Source: Pocillopora damicornis
Taxonomy: Eukaryota
DNA: 64,000 nucleotides
Reading direction: 5' to 3'
Assembly (NCBI RefSeq): GCF_003704095.1
Contig: NW_020846461.1
Span: 310,001-374,000 of the forward strand
The position numbers and the translations under genes were made by a program. Shown piece by piece: positions 46,301 through 59,800 of this stretch (positions are counted from its first letter, which is position 1; each line of letters starts with the position of its first letter). The notes below the pieces were generated by a model. The model was not told where the DNA came from. It saw only the letters and a list, made by a program, of their open reading frames with translations, and made no database searches.

Positions 46301-46856
46301 AATTATTCAGTGATGTGGAAATGAAGTATATTTACAAAAAACTGGAAGACTCGCTGATTTGGTGCAAGGTGTGTTTAATGATTTAGGTTTACCTTTGTCA
46401 TAGAGTTTTTAAATATGTGAGGAAACTCTACTTTCACTTTAAAATTGTAAATGAAAGCTTGACTGTTTGCCCCACTGAAAAGAAAAGTTCTTCACAGTTT
46501 GATCAATTTTATTTCACAATTTTTCTAATATAAGTACAGTCAATTGAACCTCTATTTAAGGACATCTCTCTAGGTTTGTTGTCTCTCCAGTACAGACAGT
46601 TTACTTCCTGTTAAAATTCCAAGAGATGTATTCTACTTGGAAAAAAAAACTCTCCACCATGGATCCTCTCTGATATGGACAACAGATACTTAATCTCTGC
46701 CCCAAAAATGTTGTTAGGTTTCTTGACATTCTCACAATTTTTTTGGTTGTCTAGTTTTGAGTCTAAGATTAATTTAATTTTTGTTTGTTTTTTTTTCTGC
46801 AGGCCAATCTCAAGAGATGGACAGAAACATATATAAGTTCAATAAACACCCGTTAA
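40344..46856 (+). CDS. Multi-exon uncharacterised protein with a C21orf58/DUF4587-like N-terminus
   Basis: Phase-consistent GT-AG exons start near 40344, 40483, 41193, 41955, 42441, 43099, 43435, 43841, 45493, 46035, 46276 and 46803. Motifs ELTKIRLKILQQK and DMMASMMSQNVQLQQLLLQQM. Ends ANLKRWTETYISSINTR-stop. Family assignment is from motif recall only. Confidence 0.75.
40743..40890. repeat. Imperfect palindromic MITE in intron
   Basis: TTATTGGAT..ATTATCAAAAC..GTCCGAGTTAT / ATAACGTGGAC..GTTTGATAAT..ATCCAATAA. Confidence 0.6.
43470..43517 (+). repeat. Coding 15-nt tandem repeat (PAQRN x3)
   Basis: CC(T/A)GCTCAAAGAAAT x3 inside an exon. Confidence 0.9.
45127..45331. mobile_element. TTAA MITE of the same family as 7717-7920
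   Basis: TTAA-CCCTCTGACCCC...GGTGTAAAGGG-TTAA. Related fragments at ~22255-22326, ~24495-24681, ~58826-58892 and ~59573-59795. Confidence 0.8.
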
Positions 46857-49216
46857 TTAAAGACTGTCCAAATGTTTTACAGCTGAATTGTGTAGCTTGT
46901 ATATATCACAGAAAGAGACAGGTTTTTCTCTTAAGTAGTGATGTACTCACATTTTGGCTTCAGAATACTGGTTCAAGCATGTTTGATGCAATATTTAACA
47001 GACTGAATAAAAGTTTTCTTTATTTATTTGTACCCATGAAGTCAAACTTTTTTCTGACGATTCTCCATACAAAGATGTAGGTATACAATAAATAGCTTTT
47101 TCTAACGAGTTACCTAAAACAACAATTCTACAAATCTGAGAAAAGATACTTCATAACTAAGATCACTTTTATAGTCACTCCAACAAAAAAGTTTTCTTTG
47201 CAATGTTGTGAGCCTGTGATGACCTTTGTTTTTTTAAACATCAGGTAACAAACTTCTTAAACAGATTTATGTAGTCTCTGTATTTTAATGATGGAGTATT
47301 CATTCAGGCTTACAATTGGTGTAATAATACTATTGAAGGTTTGTCAGTATTGCCAAAACTCTGCCAGATGTAAAGAAATTCATGAAATCAATGTAATATC
47401 TTATTATTTATTTTTGTATGGTACAATTTCAGTATGGGAAAATAAAATGTGTTACTTTCCCACACAGTATTTTTTTTCCAGTGGATCTTGCTGTCAGATA
47501 CAAGTTGTGCTTTGGTTTAATCAAAGGAATTTGTTCTGTAGTTGAGAGATGGCATAAAATTGACATCGAGTTGTGGCTGAGCAAAGTCTGTGACATGGAT
47601 CAGCATTCAGGCCAGACATTTTTACTACACACTAATACAAGATTCAGGTCATCACTGAAGACAGAAAAACCATGGATTTAAACTTTTCGGTAGAAAGAGA
47701 AGCACATCACAACCACTGACCTCTTTTTGAACTACTGAAACCCAATCTAATCATTTAATTCAGGCCCTCTTAACTCTCTAGACAAAATTTTATTTCCAAG
47801 TGATACAGGTGCTGTGTGGTGAATACAGTCAAAATTCTTCAAAATAATAATGGAAACAACAAGGAATTTTATGGCCATCAATGACTGAAACAACTCTGAG
47901 TGATTCTGTTTGAAAACCAAATAATTTCCTTCTTGCAACTTTCTTTCCAAGTCACAGTAAAGTAATGTAAAGGATATATCTACAAGTAAACATGCACGAT
48001 CATAATTTATTTCTTTCATTTTTAGTAAGGTAGACAAAAAAAATCAAAAGAAGCATATTGTAAGAATTTGTGGCAAGATAAATATTGTTAACACTCCTTA
48101 ATTACGATATTTCTCATATAACCAAACAATTAATTCTGCAGAGTTTGAGCATTAAATGCGATGAATCAGATGAATAAGATGAATCATAATTCCTCCAAAA
48201 GATCAAATTCCATTAAAAATGCAAACCACATTGGCTGAGTGAAAAAAAAAATGCTCCCAGTCACAAATTAAGGGTGGAGAGAAGAACTTGAGCATCATTA
48301 ATTACCATAAAGCAGAGAATTAACAACTTTTTCTCCTAATATGTTTGTATCAAATCAGGGGTGCAGCTTGTCTCCTCATTTGACAGTTTTTCCCCAGGAA
48401 AATATCTTTCCATTTTTTTTTTTTTTAAGTTTGTTTCAGTCATCCTAAGCAAGTGCCATCCCAATTAAATACTTAATAATAAAAAATGGATTACGACATG
48501 AGTAAGTAATCAGAGAGTTTTATTTCATTTCAGACAACAAAGAGTCATAAATACTGAAACACTCAAAACTGCACTTGCAATCACCTAACCACACTGTGAG
48601 TGGATGTCCAATTTTAAAAGGAAGTATTTGTCTGCTTATCTCTTAAACATCCACTGTGAAGAGGTTTCTTGAGTAGCTACTTGTAAACTTTTACAGGTAA
48701 AGTTCTATGGACTAAATAAATGAACAGCATAACATAGATTTTACACCTATATAGCTACATCTCATGTATGTACAATTATGAGGTTTATAAGGCCTTAGTA
48801 GCAATTTCATTTTGCCCTTGTCCATACTAATGTGATTGGAACAAATTTTCAATTTGAAAAAAAGATTTTCTTTCCACACTTTCATTTTTGTGATGTTTAT
48901 AAAAATTTGAACAATTCAGGACTAATCCAGATGAATTTGCTAACCAAACTCTGCAGGATAAATGGTTAACTGCACTCAAACAAAAGTAGGAAGGGTGTTT
49001 TTAAAGAGATAATGTAGCCAATAGATGTCAGCCTTTTTGGCCCACCAACAATTCTAAAAAGCTTTGTTTAAAGCTGTCCAAATTAGATATGCAACACCTA
49101 CAGTAGTTTGTATTTTTCAAAGATGAAAAGTACTCAGTTGAGTCTACAATTTAACAATAAGTGTGATGTGAAAGGGGAATTCAATACTGTTTTCTTTATC
49201 CAGTTTAAACACAAAT

Positions 49217-52200
49217 TTAAGGCTTGTTCAACAACACCATGCACATGAAGTCTTCATAATTAATGGTGATGCTGCCATTCATGGTTGTGTCTCTGACTCG
49301 GAAAGCATCTGTTAGTCCTCGCAGCATCACACAGCACTGGATAAAACTGTCCAGCTTTAAACTTCTACGAGCATGTTGATCAAACCTGATGAACAGAGTA
49401 AATAAACTGTACAAAATATTCATAATAAACAAAGTAAGGGTAAATCAACTTTTAGAAGCAATGTGGCCAATTTGTGTCAATGTGCCCAGTAACTGGTAAA
49501 CAAATAACTGGTAAACAAATAACTGGTAAACAAATAGGTCAAAAACATTCTTTTAATATTAAAATATATGTTTGTCATTCACCAACTGGGAGGTCCATAT
49601 TGGGAAAAACTATGCCTGAGGTCTTGAGTATTGCTTAAGGCTGTAGACAAAGGGCAGTACTCAAGACAGAGGGCACAGTTTTTCCCAATACGGACCAACC
49701 TAGGCTGGAGAATATCATTTTAATTTTTTTCTAAAACTTCACAAAGTGTTTTCCAAAAAAACCCTAATGATTTAGGACTGTAATTACAGCAAAGGCCTCC
49801 ATAATTGGACCAATGTTGAGGGAGTAGATGGTAGAGAAAACAAAGGTAATGCAAACTAAAAAGAGAGGCTTCCCAACAAAATTTTTATCTGTAAACAGAT
49901 AAGGGTGATTTAGAAGGCTTCCTAGCAAACTTTGAAACTTTTTTTTTTTTAATTATCTGACACAATCCTACACCTGTCGAAGTGCATAAGAAAGTGCATA
50001 AGAAAAAAAAAAAGAGAAGCTTATTCAGGACTACACTCAACCAGACGATTAAACTACACTATCACATTATTCTGTGACTACAATAGGTTGTGTGCTGATC
50101 AATTAGAAGCTTCAACACCTCCCACCCCACCCTGCCTGGCAACCCACAGGCATTTGGCTGTCATTCATGGGGTGGGAAATTTGAGCCAACTTAATGCACA
50201 TGTTTTAATTTAAAATTTGAAGGAGTTTAAATATCATGAATCCTCTTTCATGAGCAAATGGCTCAGAAGAAAATTTTACATTGCAGGATGATGTTTACGA
50301 ACAAAAAACCAATTTACGAACCACTCTATACTCATATACAAGAAGCTGCAGGTACCTGGTAACGACAATGTTGACAAAATTCGGTGAAACATTAAAACCC
50401 ATCTCAGCAAAAGCTCGATGTAATTCTTGAGACTCTATAGCTCCTGATCTGTCTGAATCATATCTGTCAAACGCACCCTTCCATTGCTGAATATACTGCC
50501 AAAGTTGTTGAAACTCTTGGAAACTGATAGTACCAGACTGATCTCGGTCAAAGATACCTGATAAAAACACATGCCATAAACTAAACAACTTGTAATCGAT
50601 TGTTCAACATCTCCATGCAACCACCTCCCCACAGGCATCAAGTTTCTATACTCCAACAACAAAAACACAGCCATACATTTGTTATTCAGCATAAGGTCTC
50701 TTAAAATATTATGAAAAAGACATTTACACATACTATTTATAGTGTTGTTTTACAAAGGTGTGGAAAAGGGAAAAAAATTGTTTTTTAATTAACAAGGTTA
50801 CACATTGCCAGAAATATCCTAGTGGCCAAATAGTTCATTGTGCAGGACCATCACTTTCAAAAACCAATTCCATAGAGTTGGATAACCTGATCTGATACAG
50901 ATGACTTAGGATCCCAAATCTGAATGAGTAGACAGGCAGAGTCAAGAATCCAGGCTAACATTATCTAGTAATCAGCCAATTTCTGCTGTAGGTTTGGGGT
51001 CCACTCATCTGCTCAAATCATTGACATTAAAGTGACTAATTTTTAGGCCAAATCCATTGAATAGGATAAGGAAACCTATTCAGTTATCATGGATTGATGC
51101 AGGGCAGGTCAAAATACAAACTACAAGTTAAAACACTCAGCAGTACCAGGTACATCAAAACATCTAATAAGTTGTTGGTATTTATTACCCAACTACTTTA
51201 TTTTATATGCATTTTTTAAAACCACAGGAAAAGCAGAGCTGTTGCAAACTAGTTGAACTAGCTTTTTAACAGTATAAAATAACCAACTGTCCAAATATTA
51301 TGTGATATTTGTACTTGATTGGCACATCATTTGTACTCTAGTAAGTGTAGTTGGATAATAACAAGAGATTGATCCATTGATGTTCATAATGTTGGGAAAT
51401 GGTACTCGCCGACAAAGGAAACTCTCACGTATGAAGATTTTCACCAGATTTAATATTTCTCACGATTCACAGCTCTCACTTTGTGGGTACACATCGTGGT
51501 ATTCTCTCTCCAAAATCGATCTCATCTGTCTGTAATTCTATATTTTTTCCTTAAGATGAATAGCCTATTGTTACAATCACGTGTTTCGCAAACAGTTCAT
51601 GCACGTAACATAAAAAGGTAACACAACTCGCTTCCGGTCACGACAATAATCAGTAACCAATCATGGCCAAAATGCCTTTTTACATGTACATATGAAGACA
51701 AGAAAATCAATATATACCTTTGATTTTTTTTCATTTCATAGCAAATAAGAGATGCCTGAATGCACAAATTTAATATTAGCAGCAAGTGTGGTAAACCTGG
51801 TGATCTTTGAGAGATCTTTGGCTTCAAAAGCAATAATAAAAAAATGTATATATGTGAGACAAACTTGGGTTCTGAAGGACAAAATTAATATGACAAGTAA
51901 ATGTAAAAGAAAAAGGGCACTTTACCAATCATAAGCCTGCATGTCTCACTGTTGAAGTGGGACCAGTTTCCATTAAGCAGTGCCTGTTGTAATTCATCTG
52001 CTGTTATTTGACCTGACCTGTCTCTATCAACAGTAACAAACCAGTTCCACAAGGTAGGGTCAGCTCCTGGGGGTGGAGCAGAAGATCCTCCATACCCCCC
52101 AGGGTACCCCCCACCAGGAGGTGGATAGCCCATGCTGGGTGGGTAACCAGGCGGCTGTCCATAACCTGAAAAGGAAAACATAAAATCAAACGTACTATGC

Positions 52201-52964
52201 CTGTTACCTAAAATTGGTTTTGATAGATGTAGATTATTTTGCATCCCATAAAAATTACCTTGGAAGGATTTTTGAAAAACAATATATATATATATATATA
52301 TGCAAGTTAAAAAAGTTTCTTTACTTTGCTGCTTGGAAAAGAGGTTTCTAGTTTATTCAAACACTTTGAATTTTCCCAAATTAGCTTCATTCCTTTTGAA
52401 AACTGGCATTAAGTTCTAAGCTGTGACATAGGAAGGCTCTTTTCTAGAACATGTCTCCTTGATCAAATAAATTCTGTCCAAAACATTTTGCGAGATAAAA
52501 AATTATTGCATACTTGTGAAAAAATAGTATGTGGATGGTATAAAATGTCGTGAATTTAAAGACAAAGTTAGCGTGAGACCCACTGGATTTCTAGAACTGA
52601 GAAAGTCCCGAGAGTGTTGCTACCTAACTGAAAAATTAGAAAGATGGCTTTTTTTTTCAAGAGGTCTTCATTGAATAAACACTGGCAAACGTGATTCAGG
52701 TGAAACCAAATAATCTTAACGATAATCACGGACAATGCCTTTGATAACTTCACACACCTTTCTACATGAACAATATAACACTTCACAGTTTTTTAAAACA
52801 GTAAAATAGTCGTATTTTGTACAATAGTTTTTTCATTTGAATAATAGTAAATTCTGCGTTATAGGAAAATCCTTGTTCTTACCTTGAGGATGAGGCTGAT
52901 TTCCGTACGGATTTGAGCCAGCTGCTGGGTTGTAGCCACCATAGCCAGGGTACTGACCCGCCAT
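49217..52964 (-). CDS. PEF1: Penta-EF-hand Ca2+-binding protein, peflin-like (PEF1/PDCD6 group), 4 exons, ~230 aa
   Basis: Exons 52883-52964, 51926-52165, 50356-50557, 49217-49385. Gly/Pro/Tyr-rich N-terminus. EF loops DRDRSGQITADE, DRDQSGTISFQE, DSDRSGAIESQE. QYIQQWK motif. Confidence 0.88.
49592..49696. repeat. Imperfect palindromic MITE in intron
   Basis: GGTCCATATTGGGAAAAACTATGCC..GTCTTGAGTA / TACTCAAGAC..GGCACAGTTTTTCCCAATACGGACC. Confidence 0.75.
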
Positions 52965-53546
52965 GTTGTACCACTGTTCGAAGTATTGTTTCTGTTTAGG
53001 CTTACATGACGCAGAAGCTTTAGAACTCACTCAGCGGAGGAGAAAAGTAGGTCCACAGTGCGTACACACTTAGTCGTGGGATCACATTATTTGCAAGAAA
53101 TGGAGCAAACATAAATTTTAAACTTTATCTGAGGGAGATCAATTTTCACTGTTTGAAACTTATATAAATACTTAGAACAGGTTAAATAAAACCAGTTTTC
53201 ATTGTGAAAGGGACTGGTTGTTGGCCGAATCTTTAAAATTGAGGAGCTTGTTAAAGTCACTGTAGCTCAGAATTCGACTGTTCGAAGCTATTCATAAATA
53301 TTTTCTTGCAGTGTTAACCTCTCCAAAGGTACATATGGTCAACCTCATAGCAGAAACGATGACGTCGCCATGCTTAAATGAAACTACAGTGAACCTCAGT
53401 TATGTTAACTTTGGACAACTGGTCTACGCATTGTTTCTGTTCAGGCTTACATGACGCAGAAGCTATAGATCTCACTCAATTCAGCGATCCACGATACCAG
53501 TGAATACTTTCGCGAATAGAAGGAGAAAAGTAGGTCCTCAGTCTGG

Positions 53547-53620
53547 GTCGCCACTGACGACAACAGTTCTTCTCAGGACTACCCTCGTCCGGACGATCAG
53601 ACTACATAATCAAATGTTAC
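53547..53620 (+). mobile_element. Penelope-like terminal repeat fragment (related piece at ~50021-50065)
   Basis: ACAACAGTTCTTCTCAGGACTACCCTCGTCCGGACGATCAGACTAC. A similar CAGGACTACACTCAACCAGACGAT occurs at 50026. Family identity is from recall. Confidence 0.45.
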
Positions 53621-54673
53621 AGCAGAGATGTTGGACCATTTTTCTTCGAATATTTTTTAATTATTTAAGTAGCTAATCGTGACATGGACTTAGGGTGCCG
53701 CTAAATATTACAATGAAATCAACACTGACGCACACTAAGAACACTAAAAATTTATCGCGGTGGGTTTATCTAATCAGTGCAATGATGAATGCCCCGCATG
53801 ATACCTCGTTGCTATAGTGAGAAGTTCGTCGTGTTTAGGTCAGCAGGTAATTTTTACCATCATTTAGAAGTTTTAAAGGACGTGTTTTGTGTACCGCTCC
53901 TTCAGTTACTACGAACACACAGTCCGCTGAAGACCCAACACGAAATCATCACTAGGGCGTTTGTTTCGTAAACGCTTGTTTTGCTGAATCTGGTTTGCGC
54001 AAAGCATGTGCATAAAGCATAGTAAGTCAATACTCTTAATTTTGCCTCGTGGTTGCTCTTTTAGCTGAGGTTGAAAATTAAGACCACAGGCAGCCCAAGC
54101 TCCAGCTGTGAAATGACAGTCCTGCGAAATGTGAGTCATGGCGAAATTATACGAGTTTGTATGGGAATATTAACGATCGCTTCTAGGAATTAAAACATAC
54201 AGTCAAATTCTCAGTAACAATACCTCGCCTTACTCCCACAAAGTATCGCTTGTAACATGACCGCTTACTATGTTGTAGTTATCCATTTCTGGGTTTACTA
54301 TATTCATATGAGAAGCCCTCTTCTGTAACAAAGGTGGCGGTTATAATTTTCGTTAAGAAAATACTTAGCACTCGCTCACCAAAATTACGCCTGATAGACG
54401 TGATATTTGCGCCACGCCTTTGAAGAAAAAAGTAAACGAATTTCAGTTTTTTATCAGCCTATAGGCATTCTGCAATATCAAAAAGTTAAATCGGTTCCCG
54501 CCAAAGCTGCGAGAAAAAGGAAGTAGAACTCAAAGAACGTGGGTATTTAGGAAGTAAATTACATAAGGAGACATCTGATAGATTGATTGTGAAGGAGGCA
54601 ACTTTTTTAAAAATGACCTAACAGAGATTTCTTTTCAACAAAGAAGTCAAAACAAAACTGATAAACAATATCA

Positions 54674-54679
54674 TTTATT
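54674..54679 (-). terminator. Candidate Pumilio polyadenylation signal AATAAA
   Basis: AATAAA on the minus strand followed by a U/GU-rich tract, implying a ~2.2-kb 3'UTR. Confidence 0.5.
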
Positions 54680-56863
54680 TGTGCAACCACCTTTAAATTT
54701 TAATACAGGAATTGAAAAGGCTACTTTCTTTACATCATTTACATACTTCTACACAACCGCACACATTGTACAAGGCGGGACTTGTTCAGTTTTACACAGA
54801 AACATACAAAAACACTAACCCTTTCTGCTTCATTACACCGTGAGACTCCAAAAAAAAAAAAAGGAAAACCGAGTCTGATTAAAATTACCCTAAAACCTAA
54901 AACGGCAAAAAGTTTTAAGCGCTCTTGATCAAAATGATAAATTATCCTTACAATATATTTGTCTTTGTTGTTTTGATAGTGTTTAATATCTCTGAATACA
55001 TATAAACAGTGGTACGAAATATTTACCGAAGCAAAACTGCTCTGTCCAGCGACATACATCCCAAGTACAAGTATCTGATAATCAACCTTTGAACATCCAA
55101 ACCATGGACCCCGAAACGTTTATGAAAACACTCGAACACTTGCACTTGCGATAGCCGCTACAAGTATGTTTACGTTATCTATACAGTGTGCTGGTTACAA
55201 TTCAATGCAGCTCTCGCCAGTGGCCATTTACAAATGTACAGAATGTACAGGAATTTCCTTACAAGGGCCTTAAAAACATTGCAATGTTACAGTTTACATT
55301 TTGTTACAATTCTTTGAATCAAATATATAGAAGTTTGCCACCTGAATTAAATCCACATACATACTTACAAAACATAGAAACTTGAATGTTACAACACGTG
55401 GCTAATAACCTCGCCTATTCACCTTAGACAATACAATAGTAGGGAGAATTCGAAAAAATTATTTTCTAAAAGCAAGGGAAGAGCATAGCCCTGACCTACA
55501 GATCGCTTCCGGCCGACCCCACGTGACTGTTATTGGTACACTAAGTCAGTCTTGTATAATCTGAACTCTCATTTTATGTAAACACTTTCTTCTTTTCCAA
55601 TTAATTTACAAGGCTGCTCACCACGCGAGTGAAAACGCTCTAAGACGGCTACACCTTCCCTTTCCCAAATATGGTCACAGCATTTTTGCTTCAGTAAGTG
55701 AAACATGTACAACTGTCAAAAAGTTCTTAAGTATGAAGGAACAACCTTCTAGTTGAAACTATTTGAATTCCAACTTAAGAAACAATAAACGAATACGCCT
55801 CATGAAATTTCAGTGAAGGTATTGAAACCTCTACCAACAAACAGTCATTAACCTAAAGTACAAGCAATTTCCTGTTAACATTACATGCATGGGCTTGGGT
55901 TTCCCGTCAAATAAATACTTTACATAATTTTCACTCTTATCTTTTGCAAACAACCTGAAAACTACAGAAAAATCATTGACAGGCATGTACTTCCTTTGCT
56001 AACTAGTATGGGAAACAATTTATCTTGTAAAAGATTAACCGTTTCTAAATGTCAAAACAGATGCCAAAAATGGTAAATTGTACATTTACCTAATAAAATT
56101 TAAAATAATCTTTGCAGGCTTTGATTCATAGTAACACGTCTATACTGCAGGGATGGACACTCACAGCTCTTAGAAACCCACTTAAAATAACAGGATTGCT
56201 GACTCTGGCTTTGACTGCCTGTAATTTTTCCTAATTAATAAGCTTTGTTTATTAACATAACATGCATGTGCTATCTATCTACCAAAAAGAATCTACCTCC
56301 CACGCGGAAGGAAATACTACAATTATCGGACCTAGCATTTTTATTAACTATTACTTAAGCAAATGTATACATTTAACATGTAACTGTCATCAATGATAGC
56401 TATTCCATTTAAGAAAACTAAAAGTTCATTGAAATGATAAAATTCAACCATCAATCTGCCCTTGATCAAAAAGACGCAACAACTACGTTTTACCTATACA
56501 GTTACAGGTAAAAAAATTAACTGCATTCATTGATACAGTTGACACACAGATGAAGCTTTTCAATGCATAAAATTCAATAATTGAACCGAGAACGTCAATA
56601 ATGAGAACTGATTTGGAGACAAAAGATTTTAAATTGAGTAAAATATAAGATCAACACCTATAAGAAAGGATTTTCTTTACAGTTTTACAAGGAAATTTAC
56701 AGCTTCATAAGAATGAAAATATTTCACCAAATCAAGGTTTTGATCAGTATCAATAGATCTATATTCATGATGTCAAATCTAAAAACATCTCCAAAAAATT
56801 TAAGCAAAAAAAAAACAAACAAATAAACAAACAGAAAATGGGTGCCTTCAACCAAGTATGTTT

Positions 56864-59800
56864 CTAAAGCAAAGGACCATTTGTCAAAGGGAGGAAATCT
56901 GGTGTTGGTTTCATTGTCATGTAGTACTTCTCTAACTTGGCTAAAATGTGTTTTCCATAAGTGTACTTGCGCAATGTTGCCACATGGGGCCGAATCCTGT
57001 GCATCAGCAGCTTGCGTTGAGGTGGTTCTGCCACATCAATCATCTTCTGAATAACATAGTTTGCAAACTGATCCTTCATCATAGTGTACAAGGCACTAAA
57101 CATAAAAAGTCATGTCAAGAATTAAACATCAATGTATTTTCCCAAAGTAGCAAGTCTACAGAAAGTTATTATTGCTCTAGTGATAATAGAGATGCACTCA
57201 GTTCGATTGGTCAGGGATTGCATCATCTTTCTATAATCATCTAGCACATGATGATTATAGTGAGAGCACTAAATTTCAAAATGGTTGCCTTACATTTCGT
57301 CAGTGTTACAGAGGAAGTTAAAAATTGCCATAGAAATTCAATTCCAAGGAGTGCAAAAGATGCTGCTGAGTTTGACATACCACTTTTCAAAAATATATGT
57401 TGAGCTTTTGCCTGCTGAATTAAATAAACCTGTTAAATTCAAATGGAAATTGGCTGCTTATCTCAATAAAAGTAATCAAAGCTATTGCAAAAGAATGGTT
57501 CAACATCAAAACAAATCTATAGCAGCACCTGAGCAATTATACTAAAACAATTATTTGCCTCAGGCTCAATGAATGTTGTTGATAATTACTTTGACAATTA
57601 TTCACAAATATTCATTTCACCTTCTGCAAATACGGAAATAAACAACCTTTAAGACATTTCCAAAGTTATTAAGTATAAAAAAATTCTCTTTTCTAAACCA
57701 AACAAAATGCACATCAAGTACAAATTTGTTAATCTCCACCAAAACATACAGGCATGAAAATCTGTGTTTTAAAGAAGTTGCAGCCTTGCAAACACTGATC
57801 AAGTGTCAAAGTAAAGATTACATCAGAATTTGCTTAAAAAAATTAAAAAAAAAAGATCAAAGTAACAGCATTTTAGGGGCACATATTTATTGACATTCTA
57901 AGGAAAATTGAAAAAAACACTGCATCTTACTTATCACTGCTGCTGCAAACTTCATCAATGAGCATAGCTCTTTCTGTACGTGAAGCATGAGTAACACACT
58001 TCTCAACCACATTGCTAAAAAAAAAAAGAAAAGGAAAAAGAGACAGTCAATCTTCTAAACTTGTGAAATATGGTAGATTTGAAAAAATTGAATATTGTTG
58101 GTAATAAATAAAACATATGGTTCATTTTTTTATTTTTTCTTTTTTCAGTATTTTCAAACTTGAAATAACTTTAGTGCTTGTTACTTGAAGAAATTACTAT
58201 GGATACCCCCTTTGTTTCAGCTTTGAGATAATTCTTCAAAGCAAAATTACCTGGCAAATTTGTGCTGGCTAAAATTCAGTATGTTGCCTCTGAGTTCATG
58301 CACAATCTTGCTCTTGTCCTCAGGTGTGCCATGTTCCAAGACATGTTGGATCACATAGTTACCATATTGATCTTGAACCAGTCTCTCTGTATGCTGATGT
58401 AACTCATTCAGTATTGGTGATGTCTGCTCTGGCATGCAGTGCTCAAGGATACGTTGGATCACACGACATCCATAAGGATGAGTTGACAAGGCATACACCT
58501 GCAATTATGGAACAATGAGTTATCCACAAGTTAAGTAACATCACTGATAGTCATTTTCATGGTATCATGGAGAATTGACTTTGAATATTTAGAACCAAGA
58601 AAAAAATTTGTTTGGTGAAGCCGCAAATGGCAAACTTACAAAAAGAAACTAAGCTTTTATTCTTGTTCTTTTTTCCAGAAAAATAGAATCCTGGAAAAGG
58701 CTCCCTTAGAGTCCCCCTATTGTTTGCTTTTCCCAATACTTGGCATTAACAATTAACAATCTTAACTTAGAGATTTATTCATAAACATCACCATCAATAA
58801 AAAAACAAATACAAAGTAGGAACTTTGTGATTCAGGGATGATATTGTAAGGAGAAATTAGATGTGAGTCACTCTTAGGGGTTTAAGGGTTAAACCTTGGG
58901 ATGCTTCATTAATTTTCTCCACTCCACTCCACTCCACTAACCTTTGCGCAATGAATGCTGCCAAAGGTTAACAGATCCTGTTAACTTGAAGTTTTTTTTG
59001 TACAACAATTTTTCTGCATGTTTTATCATCACAGACATTAACATACCGACAATTGAAGCAACAACTGTTTTTAAAATGTATCTACTAAATACCTGTGCCT
59101 GGAAAGCTCCAATAATGAACTGAAGAGAAGATGGGTCAACACACTCAATACACTTCTGTACTACATGGTTCCCATTTTGATCCTTGACACACTTCAGCAC
59201 ATGTCCATCCAGTTCTCTGACCAGATCATTCTACAACACATAACATACCATAAGTTAACATAGCTATTTAAAACAGACAATGTGTTGTTGACCCCATCTG
59301 GTAGACATATTCACACATATTTTATTGTGTGACACACAAGAGGAAGGACAAACCTGTACATCTGTAACAAGGACTGGACTAATATCAAGTAGACAAGGTT
59401 TGAGAATTAATATATATATATTAATATTAATATATATATATATATATATCAATGAGGGGATCATTAGCTGATCAAGCACCAAATTCTCCAAACTTGCACC
59501 ACAAGAACTGTTTAGCAGACAGTCAGGAGAATTAAGAAAGAGATCTGGGGAGGGAAAGGGATAAGAGTTCTCAACCCTTTCACTTGCAAGATCACATGAG
59601 TAATTCCCCTTACTGTCTACCATAACATTCTTATAATGTTAGTTTGGGAATTTGGTATTGGAGCACCTAATAATCCCCTAATTGATATTTTTCTCTGTTC
59701 TCACCTCATTTCTGCTAGATATTTTATTAATATTGTAGGGAGAAATTCTGTCTTGGTCACTCACTTGGTGATAGTTAAAGAGTTAAAGAGTTAAATGAGT

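Noticed and set aside
48767-48774. Canonical UGUACAUA in the putative peflin-like 3'UTR
   Set aside because: A single 8-mer in AT-rich DNA is expected by chance.
49491-49535. 15-nt x3 intronic tandem repeat (AACTGGTAAACAAAT)
   Set aside because: Ordinary slippage repeat with no sign of function.
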